The position numbers were made by a program, and so were the translations under genes. A stretch of 64,000 bases of DNA from NCBI GenBank assembly GCA_035544015.1, contig DATKIP010000093.1, forward strand, positions 1,156 through 65,155, in the 5' to 3' direction. This DNA is from Candidatus Saccharimonadia bacterium. Its GTDB lineage: Bacteria; Patescibacteriota; Saccharimonadia; UBA4664. Shown one piece after another: positions 45,810-54,549 of the stretch (positions are counted from its first letter, which is position 1; each line of letters starts with the position of its first letter). Below the pieces are notes generated by a model. That model was given only the letters and a program-made list of their open reading frames with translations, made no database searches and had not been told where the DNA came from.

Positions 45810-46184
45810 ATGGATACCATCAAAAAAGATCACCTCCAACAGTGCCCCATAGAAGCAGTCATGAGCGTTTTGGGGGGCAAATGGAAAGTGGTCGTTATCG
45901 ATCAGCTTCTGAGCAATAGCGTAATGAGATTTAGCGAACTTCGGCGAGCAATGCCGGGCGTGACCCAGAAGATGCTTACTCAGCAGTTGCGGGAGCTCGA
46001 ACAATCTGGAATTGTTGAGCGCAAAATATACCCGGTAGTTCCGCCAAAAGTAGAGTATCGTCTGACCACAAAAGGCAAAACCCTAGAGGATTTGTTGGTA
46101 TTAATGAAGCAGTGGGGGGTGGATTTTATCAATTCTGATCGGGCAGTAGAACCTCTGGCGATGATACAATCAAAAAATGCCTGA
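45810..46184 (+). CDS. HxlR-family transcriptional regulator
   Basis: CPIE...LGGKWK, RFSELRR, KMLTQQLRELE, VPPKVEYRLT. Confidence 0.93.
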   Translation: MDTIKKDHLQQCPIEAVMSVLGGKWKVVVIDQLLSNSVMRFSELRRAMPGVTQKMLTQQLRELEQSGIVERKIYPVVPPKVEYRLTTKGKTLEDLLVLMKQWGVDFINSDRAVEPLAMIQSKNA

Positions 46185-47019
46185 TACCCCCTCCAGAGTT
46201 AATGCATTCACGGCCAACGGCCGCAATGGCAATCCGGCCGGGGTAGTGTTGGGCGCTGATGCGCTCGATGAGCGGCAAATGCTAGCGGTAGCTTCCGGGC
46301 TGGGACTGTCCGAAACGGCGTTTGTCAGCCAGAGCGATCGCGCCACCCGTAAGGTTCGATTTTTTACACCCACCACTGAGGTCGACCTTTGCGGCCACGC
46401 GACGATAGCCACGTGGTCTCTGCTTCACAAACTAGGTGAACTCTCGGTGGGCACATACACGCAAGAAACCAAGGCCGGCTTGCTGAAAGTGGAGATTCAA
46501 AATGAGGGGCTGGTCTTCATGGAGCAAACGAGGGCCGCATTTTTCGACAAAGTCGAACCCCCCGAGGTTGCGGGCATGCTGGGGATAAAAGCCAGCGATT
46601 TCCACGCGTCGCTCCATCCCCAAATCGTTTCCACTGGCATCAGAGATTTGCTGGTACCGCTGATCGACAAATCGGTTCTGGCGCGGCTCCGTCCCAACCT
46701 TGACGCCATCGCTGATTTTAGTCGGCGGCATGACATTAGCGGCTTTCATGTATTCGCGCTTTTGGAAAACGAGCAATCCTTAGCCAGCGCCCGCAACTTC
46801 GCTCCCGCCGACGGCATTCCCGAAGAGTGCGCCACCGGTACATCCAACGGAGCGTTGCTTTGCTATCTGAAGAACGAGCGTACATTGCCCCAGCGGGAAA
46901 TATACCGCGTCGAACAAGGCGAGGCGATGGGCCGCCTATCCTACATTTACGGTACATTCAAAGACGAGATCGTCTGGATCGGCGGGCAGGCGGAAATCAT
47001 AGATCGGCCGGGCCTATGA
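46177..47019 (+). CDS. PhzF-family isomerase/epimerase
   Basis: GNPAGVV, SETAFV, EVDLCGHAT, EECATGTSNG. Confidence 0.93.
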   Translation: MPDTPSRVNAFTANGRNGNPAGVVLGADALDERQMLAVASGLGLSETAFVSQSDRATRKVRFFTPTTEVDLCGHATIATWSLLHKLGELSVGTYTQETKAGLLKVEIQNEGLVFMEQTRAAFFDKVEPPEVAGMLGIKASDFHASLHPQIVSTGIRDLLVPLIDKSVLARLRPNLDAIADFSRRHDISGFHVFALLENEQSLASARNFAPADGIPEECATGTSNGALLCYLKNERTLPQREIYRVEQGEAMGRLSYIYGTFKDEIVWIGGQAEIIDRPGL

Positions 47020-47645
47020 CAAATTCGCCCTTAGCCCTGCAGCTCGTCGGCCCCACCGATCCACTGCTCAACCAAGTCGCCCAAAAAGTTACCCGCGATG
47101 AGATTAATGCTGATGGTATCCAGGCCGTCATTGCTGGAATGCTGAAATTGTCCGCCGGCAAAGGACACACCAAAGCAGACTCTCGCCAAATGGTGGGACT
47201 TGCCGCCGTACAGGTAGGCGTGGATAAGCGAATCATCTCAATTGATCTGGCGGCGGATGGTTCGAACAAGCAGCAGGACCTTTTGATAGTCATCAACCCT
47301 ACCATTGCCATCCGTTCTGCGGCCACGATGCCGGGCCGTGAAGGCTGTTGGTCGTGCGGCGATATTTGCGGGAACGTAGAGCGTGCGAAGGAGGTTACAC
47401 TTGAGGGCTTAGATCGGCACGGGAAACCTCTCAGGCTTCACCTTGTCGATTTCGCCGCTCGGATCGCCCAGCACGAGACCGACCATCTTGACGGTATTCG
47501 CTTCCCGGATCGCATCCCCAAGGACCATCCAGAGCGTCTTCACCTCGTCCGTCCAGCTGAATTTGAAGCATACCGACAGAACTGGCAAAATTGGCCCGTT
47601 GTATGTCCGCGCGAGACATGGGAGTCGATGAAAGCTGGAATGTAG
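47016..47645 (+). CDS. def: peptide deformylase
   Basis: VGLAAVQVG, EGCWS, QHETDHLDG motifs; ATGA overlap with phzF-like gene. Confidence 0.9.
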   Translation: MTNSPLALQLVGPTDPLLNQVAQKVTRDEINADGIQAVIAGMLKLSAGKGHTKADSRQMVGLAAVQVGVDKRIISIDLAADGSNKQQDLLIVINPTIAIRSAATMPGREGCWSCGDICGNVERAKEVTLEGLDRHGKPLRLHLVDFAARIAQHETDHLDGIRFPDRIPKDHPERLHLVRPAEFEAYRQNWQNWPVVCPRETWESMKAGM

Positions 47646-47692
47646 CCAATATCAGTTGCTTCTCAGCTTGAGACAATTAGTATAGTAAGCAC

Positions 47693-48190
47693 ATGAACAC
47701 AACTACTACCCCCGAAGCCCCTACCAAATCCGCTGACCGGCCCGCTCTGCCGCCGCACCAGCCGCATAGCGAACAATTCTACACCGAACTCATCCGCATC
47801 ATCGCCGGGCTGTTCGTGGGGCTCATTGCGCTTATGACCTTCTTGCTCACCGTTGGTTTTCAGCACCCGCACAGCGGGTTTTCGTGGGCGCTCTACGCGT
47901 CGATCATCACGCTGGCGCTCAATCTCGTGGCGTACGTGGCCGGACATTACTTCCGGACCCAATGCGGCTTGCAGCGCCGGGCCTTTGACGCCGCCGCCGA
48001 TGAGGGCCAAGATCTGGCCGCTCGCAAGCGCACCTGGGAACAGGCTCGCAAGCGCCTCAAGGTCGTGCGCGCCCTGCAGCAAGTGCTGTTCATTGCTGCA
48101 GTCGTCGCCATGACCTGCCTGGCGCTCGCCACGGCCAACTTCTTCTTTACCATCGCGCCGCCCGCACCTTCGGCTGCGCCCGTCCAGTAG
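47693..48190 (+). CDS. hypothetical 3-TM membrane protein
   Basis: Three hydrophobic helices; TATAGT 6 nt before ATG. Confidence 0.7.
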   Translation: MNTTTTPEAPTKSADRPALPPHQPHSEQFYTELIRIIAGLFVGLIALMTFLLTVGFQHPHSGFSWALYASIITLALNLVAYVAGHYFRTQCGLQRRAFDAAADEGQDLAARKRTWEQARKRLKVVRALQQVLFIAAVVAMTCLALATANFFFTIAPPAPSAAPVQ

Positions 48191-48259
48191 CGCTTTGCAG
48201 CCCCGCGCGCTTTAGCTTTGCGCCGCCACCGAGTATAATCAAGCGGTTACCACGATTGC

Positions 48260-48333
48260 GGCACCTTGGCGGAGTGGTTACGCAGCGGTCTGCAAAACCG
48301 CGTACACCGGTTCAATTCCGGTAGGTGCCTCCA
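48260..48333 (+). tRNA. tRNA-Cys (GCA)
   Basis: GGCACCT/AGGTGCC+TCCA; GCGGT-CTGCAAA-ACCGC. Confidence 0.96.
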
Positions 48334-48451
48334 GGTATTATAGTTCGACATTCCGCGACAATTATTGTAGAGTAGTGAGCGCGCCCAATCTGGGCCGTGT
48401 TCCATCATGGCCTGCCGCCAGCACCACCGAGCCCCGAGGGAGGGGACGAGA

Positions 48452-49174
48452 ATGTCGGTCTTGATCAAGCTCGATGCCCCACCCACCGTGCCGCGCGATC
48501 TCCTGGCGCACCTCGCCGGACGGCTCCTCCATAAGCTGGTCGAAGGTCTCGATCATAGCCCCCTCGGGCCCTCAGAGTCGCCGGTACGGCAGCTGCCGTA
48601 CCGAAAGCTCCTGCAAGCCATCGGCTTCGAGCTCGGACGCCAGCGCTTCAACGCCGACCGTCGCAACCCGGACCGCCCCTATCTTCGCTACCTAGATTAT
48701 GTCAAGGAGCCTTCGGAGCTAAGCTCGGCCGAATTCGGCCACGAGGTAATCGAGGCGCTTAGGATAGCAGGGGAGCAAAAGCTCACCCTCTCGACGAGCG
48801 GCGCGATCCGGGTGCGGGAGACGGAGATCATCGATGACCGCTGGTTCCGCGACCACCCCAAGCTCGTGCGATTTGCCGACCGCGCCATCACCCTCTCGGT
48901 CACGAACAATTTTCTCCCGGAACCGCTCTTGCGGTTCATCGAGAACAGCCGGGCGAGGGTGATTGTCACCGATATACCGTCGCTAGGGCTGCGGGGAGCG
49001 GGCTTCTGGCTCAGCCCCAACGCTAAACCGTCAACCGAGTTCCTTGACCCGCCGTTCGGTTACGTACGCGTCAGCCTCGCCGACCGTGAGGTTGACGATG
49101 TGGTCGACGTCATCATAGAGCAGCTGGAAAACTGGCCCTGGTTCCAGCGGCAACTTGCTCTAGCCCAATTCTGA
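48452..49174 (+). CDS. hypothetical protein
   Basis: GGAGG RBS, 240-aa ORF followed by hairpin GGCCCGCAGAGC..GCTCTGCGGGCC. Confidence 0.6.
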   Translation: MSVLIKLDAPPTVPRDLLAHLAGRLLHKLVEGLDHSPLGPSESPVRQLPYRKLLQAIGFELGRQRFNADRRNPDRPYLRYLDYVKEPSELSSAEFGHEVIEALRIAGEQKLTLSTSGAIRVRETEIIDDRWFRDHPKLVRFADRAITLSVTNNFLPEPLLRFIENSRARVIVTDIPSLGLRGAGFWLSPNAKPSTEFLDPPFGYVRVSLADREVDDVVDVIIEQLENWPWFQRQLALAQF

Positions 49175-49278
49175 CACCCTCAATCTAGGGCCACCCGGCC
49201 CGCAGAGCTAGGCTCGTACCGCGCTCTGCGGGCCTTCTCTGTGTCAATTTCAACTGCTATCATTACTCCAGTCACCCT

Positions 49279-49362
49279 GGGCGGGTGGTGGAATGGTATA
49301 CACGGAGGACTTAAAATTCTCTGCCGCAAGGATTGTGGGTTCGACTCCCACCCCGCCTACCA
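49279..49362 (+). tRNA. tRNA-Leu (TAA)
   Basis: GGGCGGG/CCCGCCT+ACCA; GAGGA-CTTAAAA-TTCTC; variable arm. Confidence 0.95.
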
Positions 49363-49366
49363 GTAA

Positions 49367-49921
49367 TTATCGCTCGATTGATCGTAAAAACGCCGTAAAC
49401 TCCGAACTGGCCATCAGCTGGTCGTACTGATCCCTGGCCCAATACGAGTAATCCGCGCCGGCCACCGCGGCGCCATACTCATCCCACCGCAGCCAGGCAT
49501 AATCTCCGACCTCTTCCGGATTCGGAGCTGGCTGCCCGTCCGTACGCGCCACAAACACTGGGCAAATCTCGTTTTCAATAATCCCGTTAAACGGAGGAGT
49601 CATGTAGCGATAATCCGGCAGCATCACGCGGATATCACTCACTGCCAGCCCCAGCTCGTACTCCGCTCGCCGCCGGATCGCGTCCTCGAAGCCTTCGCCC
49701 GGCGCCGGGTGGCCGCACACACTGTTGGTCCACACGCCGGGCCACACCTTTTTGCTCGCCGCGCGCTGTGTCACCAAAAATCGCCCGGTCTCGTCAAACA
49801 CGTAGCACGAAAACGCCCGGTGCAGCGGCGTGTGCGCGTGGTGCGAAGCCAGCTTGGGGGCCGTGCCGATCTCCCGGCCGCGCTCGTCTACGAGGACAAT
49901 CATTTCCATGTTGGTCATCAT
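49367..49921 (-). CDS. idi: isopentenyl-diphosphate delta-isomerase type 1
   Basis: LHRAFSCYVF, WPGVWTNSVCGHP, ENEICPVF, PNPEEV. Confidence 0.93.
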   Translation of the reverse strand: MMTNMEMIVLVDERGREIGTAPKLASHHAHTPLHRAFSCYVFDETGRFLVTQRAASKKVWPGVWTNSVCGHPAPGEGFEDAIRRRAEYELGLAVSDIRVMLPDYRYMTPPFNGIIENEICPVFVARTDGQPAPNPEEVGDYAWLRWDEYGAAVAGADYSYWARDQYDQLMASSEFTAFLRSIER

Positions 49922-49930
49922 AGCAGACGC

Positions 49931-50033
49931 CAAAAACCAAACGACCCGCGTTTCGCTCATGCAAAACACGGGTAGATAATGCGCCTAGAGCGCGTGGGGG
50001 CGGCCGAATCAGTGCTTCGAGCTCGCCCCCGGT
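49931..50033 (-). repeat. ~100-bp two-hairpin module, copy 1
   Basis: Near-identical to 51164-51264. Confidence 0.9.
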
Positions 50034-50048
50034 GGAGGGATTATTGGG

Positions 50049-50474
50049 TTACGCCGACGCGACGACGGACAGCCGCGGCTCGTGGGCGAGAAACTCGCGC
50101 AGTTGCCGCTCGATCTGCTCGCTGATCGAGTGCTTGGCGCACGTCACCACGACCTGGTCCGTCTCCGAGACGTATCGCACCCAGACCAGTTCCGCCACCT
50201 CTCCCTCCAGACAGAGGGCCAGATCCGGCAGGGTGAGCAGGTTGAAGTGAACGCGGGAGGGCAGCATCTGCAAGCGGACACCCCCACGGTCGGGAGTCAC
50301 AATCGGCATGAAGCCGATCTCGGCCACCACATGCAGGTACAGCTCTCGACCGTACCCGAATTCCCGTTGCCGCCTCACGCGCTCCAGCTGGCGATGCCGG
50401 TACCGCCAGCTGCCGATTTCGTAACAACCAGCGAGCACGAGTAACACGAGTAAAGCGATGACCCAGTGTGGCAT
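50049..50474 (-). CDS. N-terminally anchored hypothetical protein, paralog A
   Basis: GGAGG RBS + ATG; TM, then LY..., LEG..AE.V.V.YV...V.VTC shared with 51286-51720. Confidence 0.7.
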   Translation of the reverse strand: MPHWVIALLVLLVLAGCYEIGSWRYRHRQLERVRRQREFGYGRELYLHVVAEIGFMPIVTPDRGGVRLQMLPSRVHFNLLTLPDLALCLEGEVAELVWVRYVSETDQVVVTCAKHSISEQIERQLREFLAHEPRLSVVASA

Positions 50475-50698
50475 GACGACCTCCGCGTCTCGAGCCGACA
50501 GAACATGAACAAGGTACACTATAACATAGATATAATATATTTCAAGTCTTCCCACCTAGCGTCGCCTACCCACAACTATCCAAAAATAAGGCGGTTTTGA
50601 GCCGTATTATTTGTTACGAGTGATCGTCCACTTTCGAGCGCGTCAATGAGAAGATACCCCAGCACTGTCATTCGACCGTAGTTCAGAGAGGACAATGC

Positions 50699-51094
50699 AT
50701 GAGACGCACTCTAGCTCGGCTAGGAGTGATGCTGGCCCTGGTTCTGCTCGCGGCGGGATGCGGCGCCCCAGCGCCCGACACCGCCTCCGTGCGAAACGAC
50801 CAGCAAGGCGCCCTGATCAACCTGGCTTTGGCCGCCGGCTATAAAATCGCAGGCATACCGTCGTATGAAGTAATGCGGTGGACGACGTATGTCTGGATAC
50901 CCGACTGCAAAGCGAAAATCACGATCGACGGCAACACCGCACCGGCAGCGGAGAATCCAACGTCGTTTACGGTGAACAGCATTGGTGGAGTTCCGCTCAT
51001 CGTGAGCAATCCCGGAACCGACACCACCAACCTATCGGCCGCCGCTCTCAAGTCCATCGACGGGATGCGCCAGAGGCTCGGATGCACCCGGTAA
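50699..51094 (+). CDS. putative lipoprotein
   Basis: GAGG RBS; lipobox LAAGC; followed by hairpin GTGAACCCCGCGGC..GCCGCGGGGTTCAC. Confidence 0.7.
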   Translation: MRRTLARLGVMLALVLLAAGCGAPAPDTASVRNDQQGALINLALAAGYKIAGIPSYEVMRWTTYVWIPDCKAKITIDGNTAPAAENPTSFTVNSIGGVPLIVSNPGTDTTNLSAAALKSIDGMRQRLGCTR

Positions 51095-51163
51095 GACAGT
51101 GACAGTGAACCCCGCGGCGCCGGTGCGGGCCGCGGGGTTCACATCCCAGTGGCAATTATTGCT

Positions 51164-51264
51164 CAAAAACCAAAACACCCGCGTTTCGCTCATGCAAAAC
51201 ACGGGTATACTACGCTCAGAGCGCATGGGGGCGGCCGAATCAGTTCTTCGAGCTCGCCCCCGGT
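51164..51264 (-). repeat. ~100-bp two-hairpin module, copy 2
   Basis: Near-identical to 49931-50033. Confidence 0.9.
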
Positions 51265-51285
51265 AGGAATTGAATGCAGCTCGGC

Positions 51286-51720
51286 CTAGCCCAGCTGCAC
51301 CTCGTACCGAGCCTCTTCCCCCACGTTCGCTGTCAGGAAGTTCGCAACGTCGTTGCAGAGGGTCGGCGTGAAGCACGTTACGATCACCAACCCGACCCTC
51401 CGAACATACTGCACCCGCACCGCTTCGCTGTCTGTGCCCTCCAGGCGGAAGGTGAATGGCGGAAGGAAGCGCAGCTGCGCGGTGCGGGAGCTGTCCACGA
51501 GCTCGAGTCGCCGGCCCGGGCCGGACGCCGACTCGGCGCTGCTGAACTGAGCCCCGAGCACGAACAGAATCTCGGTATACAGCTGCAAGTCGGCGGCTTC
51601 CTCGAGCCGGTCCTGGCCGAACCTTCGCAGTGCGACGCAGCGGATGCGAGTCCAGATCAGCAGGGCTGCGACTGCCACGCCGCAGGCTATCAACCAAGCG
51701 TAGCCGGGGAGAGCAAACAT
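51286..51720 (-). CDS. N-terminally anchored hypothetical protein, paralog B
   Basis: GGAGG RBS + ATG; similar to 50049-50474. Confidence 0.7.
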   Translation of the reverse strand: MFALPGYAWLIACGVAVAALLIWTRIRCVALRRFGQDRLEEAADLQLYTEILFVLGAQFSSAESASGPGRRLELVDSSRTAQLRFLPPFTFRLEGTDSEAVRVQYVRRVGLVIVTCFTPTLCNDVANFLTANVGEEARYEVQLG

Positions 51721-51783
51721 TTTGACCTCCAGAGGAGAGAGTACGGACGAGACCAAACTATTATAGCATTAAAACTAAAAAAT

Positions 51784-52677
51784 TCAAGACCGCAAACGCC
51801 GCGCTCGCCGCACCAGCGCCCACAGCCCCACCCCCAGCAACAACAACACCGTGCCGCCCACAATCACAAACGTCACCCGCGGCATGAGCAGCATCCACCG
51901 CGACACCTCCTCGGTGCGGCCGAGATATTTCACCGTCGCCGTCACCTTATACAGACCAATCGGCGCCGGTGCCGGCAGCGCCAGGTCAAAGCGCCGCGTC
52001 GTGCCGGGCAGCACCTCGCCTTTGAGTGGCACCGCCTTGCCCGCATCAGCGCCAAACGGGCCCGTCAGCCGCGCGGTGCCCTCGGCCAAAAAGTGCAGGT
52101 TGCCGTCGTTGTGCAGCCGCAGCGCGCCCCGCACCGGCCCCACCGATTGCAGCCGCGCCACCTCCAGGGGCATCACGCTCCCGTCTTGGCGCACTTCGCC
52201 CCGCACGTTCACATAAAACAGCGTGCCGATGCGCTCAATCCGTGACACAAACGCCCCGCCGCTGCCCGCCGGCGGAATCGTCTCCACAAACACCGCCGCA
52301 TAATGCCCGCCGATCGCCGCCGTCCGCGGTACGTTCACCGTGTAATCGAAGGTTTGCTCCACCCGCGCCTTCACCGTGAAGCTCCCGGCGGGCAGACTAA
52401 ACCACGACACTGGTGACACATCCGCCGCCTTGCCGCTGCTGTCAAAATTCCCCACGTAGGTCTCACCGGTCACGCGATAATCCGTGGCGTACACGCGGTA
52501 ATTCACATCCGTCGCGCCATCGTTGATCACGGTAATGTGCCCGCGGTACGTGCCACCCGGATCCAGCGCCACCTCCTGGCTCGTCGGCGACACCCCGATG
52601 CCCTGCACCGCACCCCAAGCCCCGGCCGGCCACCCCGCAACCAAAAACAGCCCTAACGCTAGCCCAAATCGCCGCAC
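51784..52677 (-). CDS. DUF916-like chaperone-like partner protein
   Basis: GIGVSPT...ITVIN...SW...GGHYAAVF...RIGTL; NDGNLH; C-terminal TM + Arg tail. Confidence 0.75.
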   Translation of the reverse strand: MRRFGLALGLFLVAGWPAGAWGAVQGIGVSPTSQEVALDPGGTYRGHITVINDGATDVNYRVYATDYRVTGETYVGNFDSSGKAADVSPVSWFSLPAGSFTVKARVEQTFDYTVNVPRTAAIGGHYAAVFVETIPPAGSGGAFVSRIERIGTLFYVNVRGEVRQDGSVMPLEVARLQSVGPVRGALRLHNDGNLHFLAEGTARLTGPFGADAGKAVPLKGEVLPGTTRRFDLALPAPAPIGLYKVTATVKYLGRTEEVSRWMLLMPRVTFVIVGGTVLLLLGVGLWALVRRARRLRS

Positions 52678-52681
52678 AAGC

Positions 52682-53296
52682 TTAATTCGTCGTAATAGTA
52701 TACGTAACGGTGGTAGAATACGTCCCAATCGGCTGACTGCTGCTTACCCGCGCACTATACCACACGGTCGACGACGCCGAGCCCGTGCTCGCGGTGGTCT
52801 TGATCGTAAACGGCGACGCATTGGTGGGGATCCCCGCGTAGGTCAGCGAGCTCGGCGCCGCACTCGAAATCGTAGTGGTCGGCCCGGCGCCAAATCCGCC
52901 CAAGCTGTCGATGCGCCAGCCCCAATGGTTGTTGGTGAGCGTGGCCGGCGACCCTGGTGTGCCCGCGCCGGTCGCAATCGTATTGGCGCCGCTCACCATG
53001 TCGGTCACGCTGGCGCTCGTCTCTTTGAGCGTCACCGTAAACCCAGCCGTATCATTGGTGTCGGCGGTCACCGTGTCGCTCGCCGCCGACTGCTTGCCGG
53101 TCGAATCCGGCGTGATCGCTCCCAGCGTCACCGTCGGCCCCGAAGAATACGAAATAATCACCGGATTCACGGTGAGGTTGAGCGTGGTATCGGTGGTTTG
53201 CGTGTCGGCACTCACCGCAAACGGCAGCGTCACCGCCGCCAAATTTATTCCCAGAATTCCGAGCGCTAGAGTTTTGTTTCGGCTAAGCTTAAGCAT
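52682..53296 (-). CDS. secreted fimbrial/WxL-like subunit
   Basis: Signal peptide (VSA), TTLNLTVN, TNDTAGFTVT, C-terminal GTYSTTVTYTITTN. Confidence 0.75.
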   Translation of the reverse strand: MLKLSRNKTLALGILGINLAAVTLPFAVSADTQTTDTTLNLTVNPVIISYSSGPTVTLGAITPDSTGKQSAASDTVTADTNDTAGFTVTLKETSASVTDMVSGANTIATGAGTPGSPATLTNNHWGWRIDSLGGFGAGPTTTISSAAPSSLTYAGIPTNASPFTIKTTASTGSASSTVWYSARVSSSQPIGTYSTTVTYTITTN

Positions 53297-53409
53297 TACC
53301 CCAACAATAGGGCAAATCCTTTACCAAAGTCAAATAAAGCCCCCATATCGCCCCTCCGCAAAGCGCACAACATTTGCTATACTATAGTCAACAAACCAAA
53401 GGGTACCGC

Positions 53410-53967
53410 ATGAACACAACGATCATTATATTAATTGTAGCCGCAGTGTTGGCTGGGGCACTCATTGCGGTCTACAACGGGCTCATCCGCTCGCGCGTCC
53501 GCGTCGACGAGGCCTGGAGCGACATCACCGTCCAGCTCAAGCGCCGCTACGACCTCATTCCCAACCTCGTTAACACCGTCAAGGGCTACGCCGAGCACGA
53601 GTCCAAAGTGTTCACGCAGGTCACCGAGGCTCGCACCCAGGCCATGAACGCCACCGGCCTCACCCAAAAAGCCGAAGCCGAAAACATGCTCGAAGGCGCC
53701 CTCAAGAGTCTGTTTGCCGTCTCTGAAGCCTACCCCGACCTCAAGGCCAACCAGGGCTTTCAGCAGCTCCAAGGCGAACTCGTAGACACTGAGGACAAAA
53801 TCCAGGCTTCGCGCCGCTTCTACAACGGCTCAGTGCGCGATTACAACATCAAATTGCAAGTCTTTCCCACCAGTCTGCTCGCCGGCATGCTCGGGTTTAC
53901 TCACCGCGACTTCTTTGAGGTCGAGAACCAGGCCGAAGTCGAGAAGGCCGTCGAAGTTAAATTCTAA
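53410..53967 (+). CDS. lemA: LemA family protein
   Basis: YNGL..R..VDEAWSDI.VQLKRRYDLIPNLV, EAYPDLKAN, RRFYN. Confidence 0.96.
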   Translation: MNTTIIILIVAAVLAGALIAVYNGLIRSRVRVDEAWSDITVQLKRRYDLIPNLVNTVKGYAEHESKVFTQVTEARTQAMNATGLTQKAEAENMLEGALKSLFAVSEAYPDLKANQGFQQLQGELVDTEDKIQASRRFYNGSVRDYNIKLQVFPTSLLAGMLGFTHRDFFEVENQAEVEKAVEVKF

Positions 53968-53979
53968 TCAGAGGACTAC

Positions 53980-54549
53980 ATGAAGCTGTCAGAATACCGA
54001 AATAGTAGCAGCTGGCAGAAAGCCATCGATCTGGGACCCAAACTAATGGCTTTGGCAGAGGAGCTGCCCGCCAGCGAAGAAACAGGCCTGAGCCTCCAGC
54101 TGCGCCAGCTCATGGTGGAGCTACCCGCCACCATCGCCGCCGATCTGGTGCAGGAGCACAGCGACGAGCGGCTCATGCCCGCGCTCAAGTTGCTCGCCAC
54201 CCTCGAGCTCATCGATCGCGTATACCCCGCGCTCGATACCGCCGGCGTGCGCAGCGAGGCCGATGCGCTGGCCGAGGGCCTCGTGTCGGGCGAGCCGGCG
54301 GCCCGCGACGCCGAGCCGCCCCAGCCGGCGCCGGCGCCCGAACGGGAGCTCGAGCCCGCCGCCACTCCGGTGCTGGCCTCAGAAGTCGGCGCCGGCTCCG
54401 AGGTGAGCGTGAGCCCCGACGGCACCGTGGGCGATCAGCCGGCCGAGCCCGCCGCCGCCAGCGCCCCGGCTCCCACCATCGTCCCCGTCACCACCGCGTC
54501 CGAGCCATCGCCACAGGAGTCCAATGTACACTCAGATAGCCAGCAATAA
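53980..54549 (+). CDS. four-helix-bundle (IVP-like) protein with acidic Pro/Ala-rich tail
   Basis: YRN..SWQKAIDL...LP..E..GL..QLR...V..PA.IA pattern. Confidence 0.65.
   Translation: MKLSEYRNSSSWQKAIDLGPKLMALAEELPASEETGLSLQLRQLMVELPATIAADLVQEHSDERLMPALKLLATLELIDRVYPALDTAGVRSEADALAEGLVSGEPAARDAEPPQPAPAPERELEPAATPVLASEVGAGSEVSVSPDGTVGDQPAEPAAASAPAPTIVPVTTASEPSPQESNVHSDSQQ

Noticed and set aside
50571-50580. CACAACTATC complementary to the candidate sRNA at 20202-20211
   Set aside because: A 10-nt match in 64 kb is not significant without further support.
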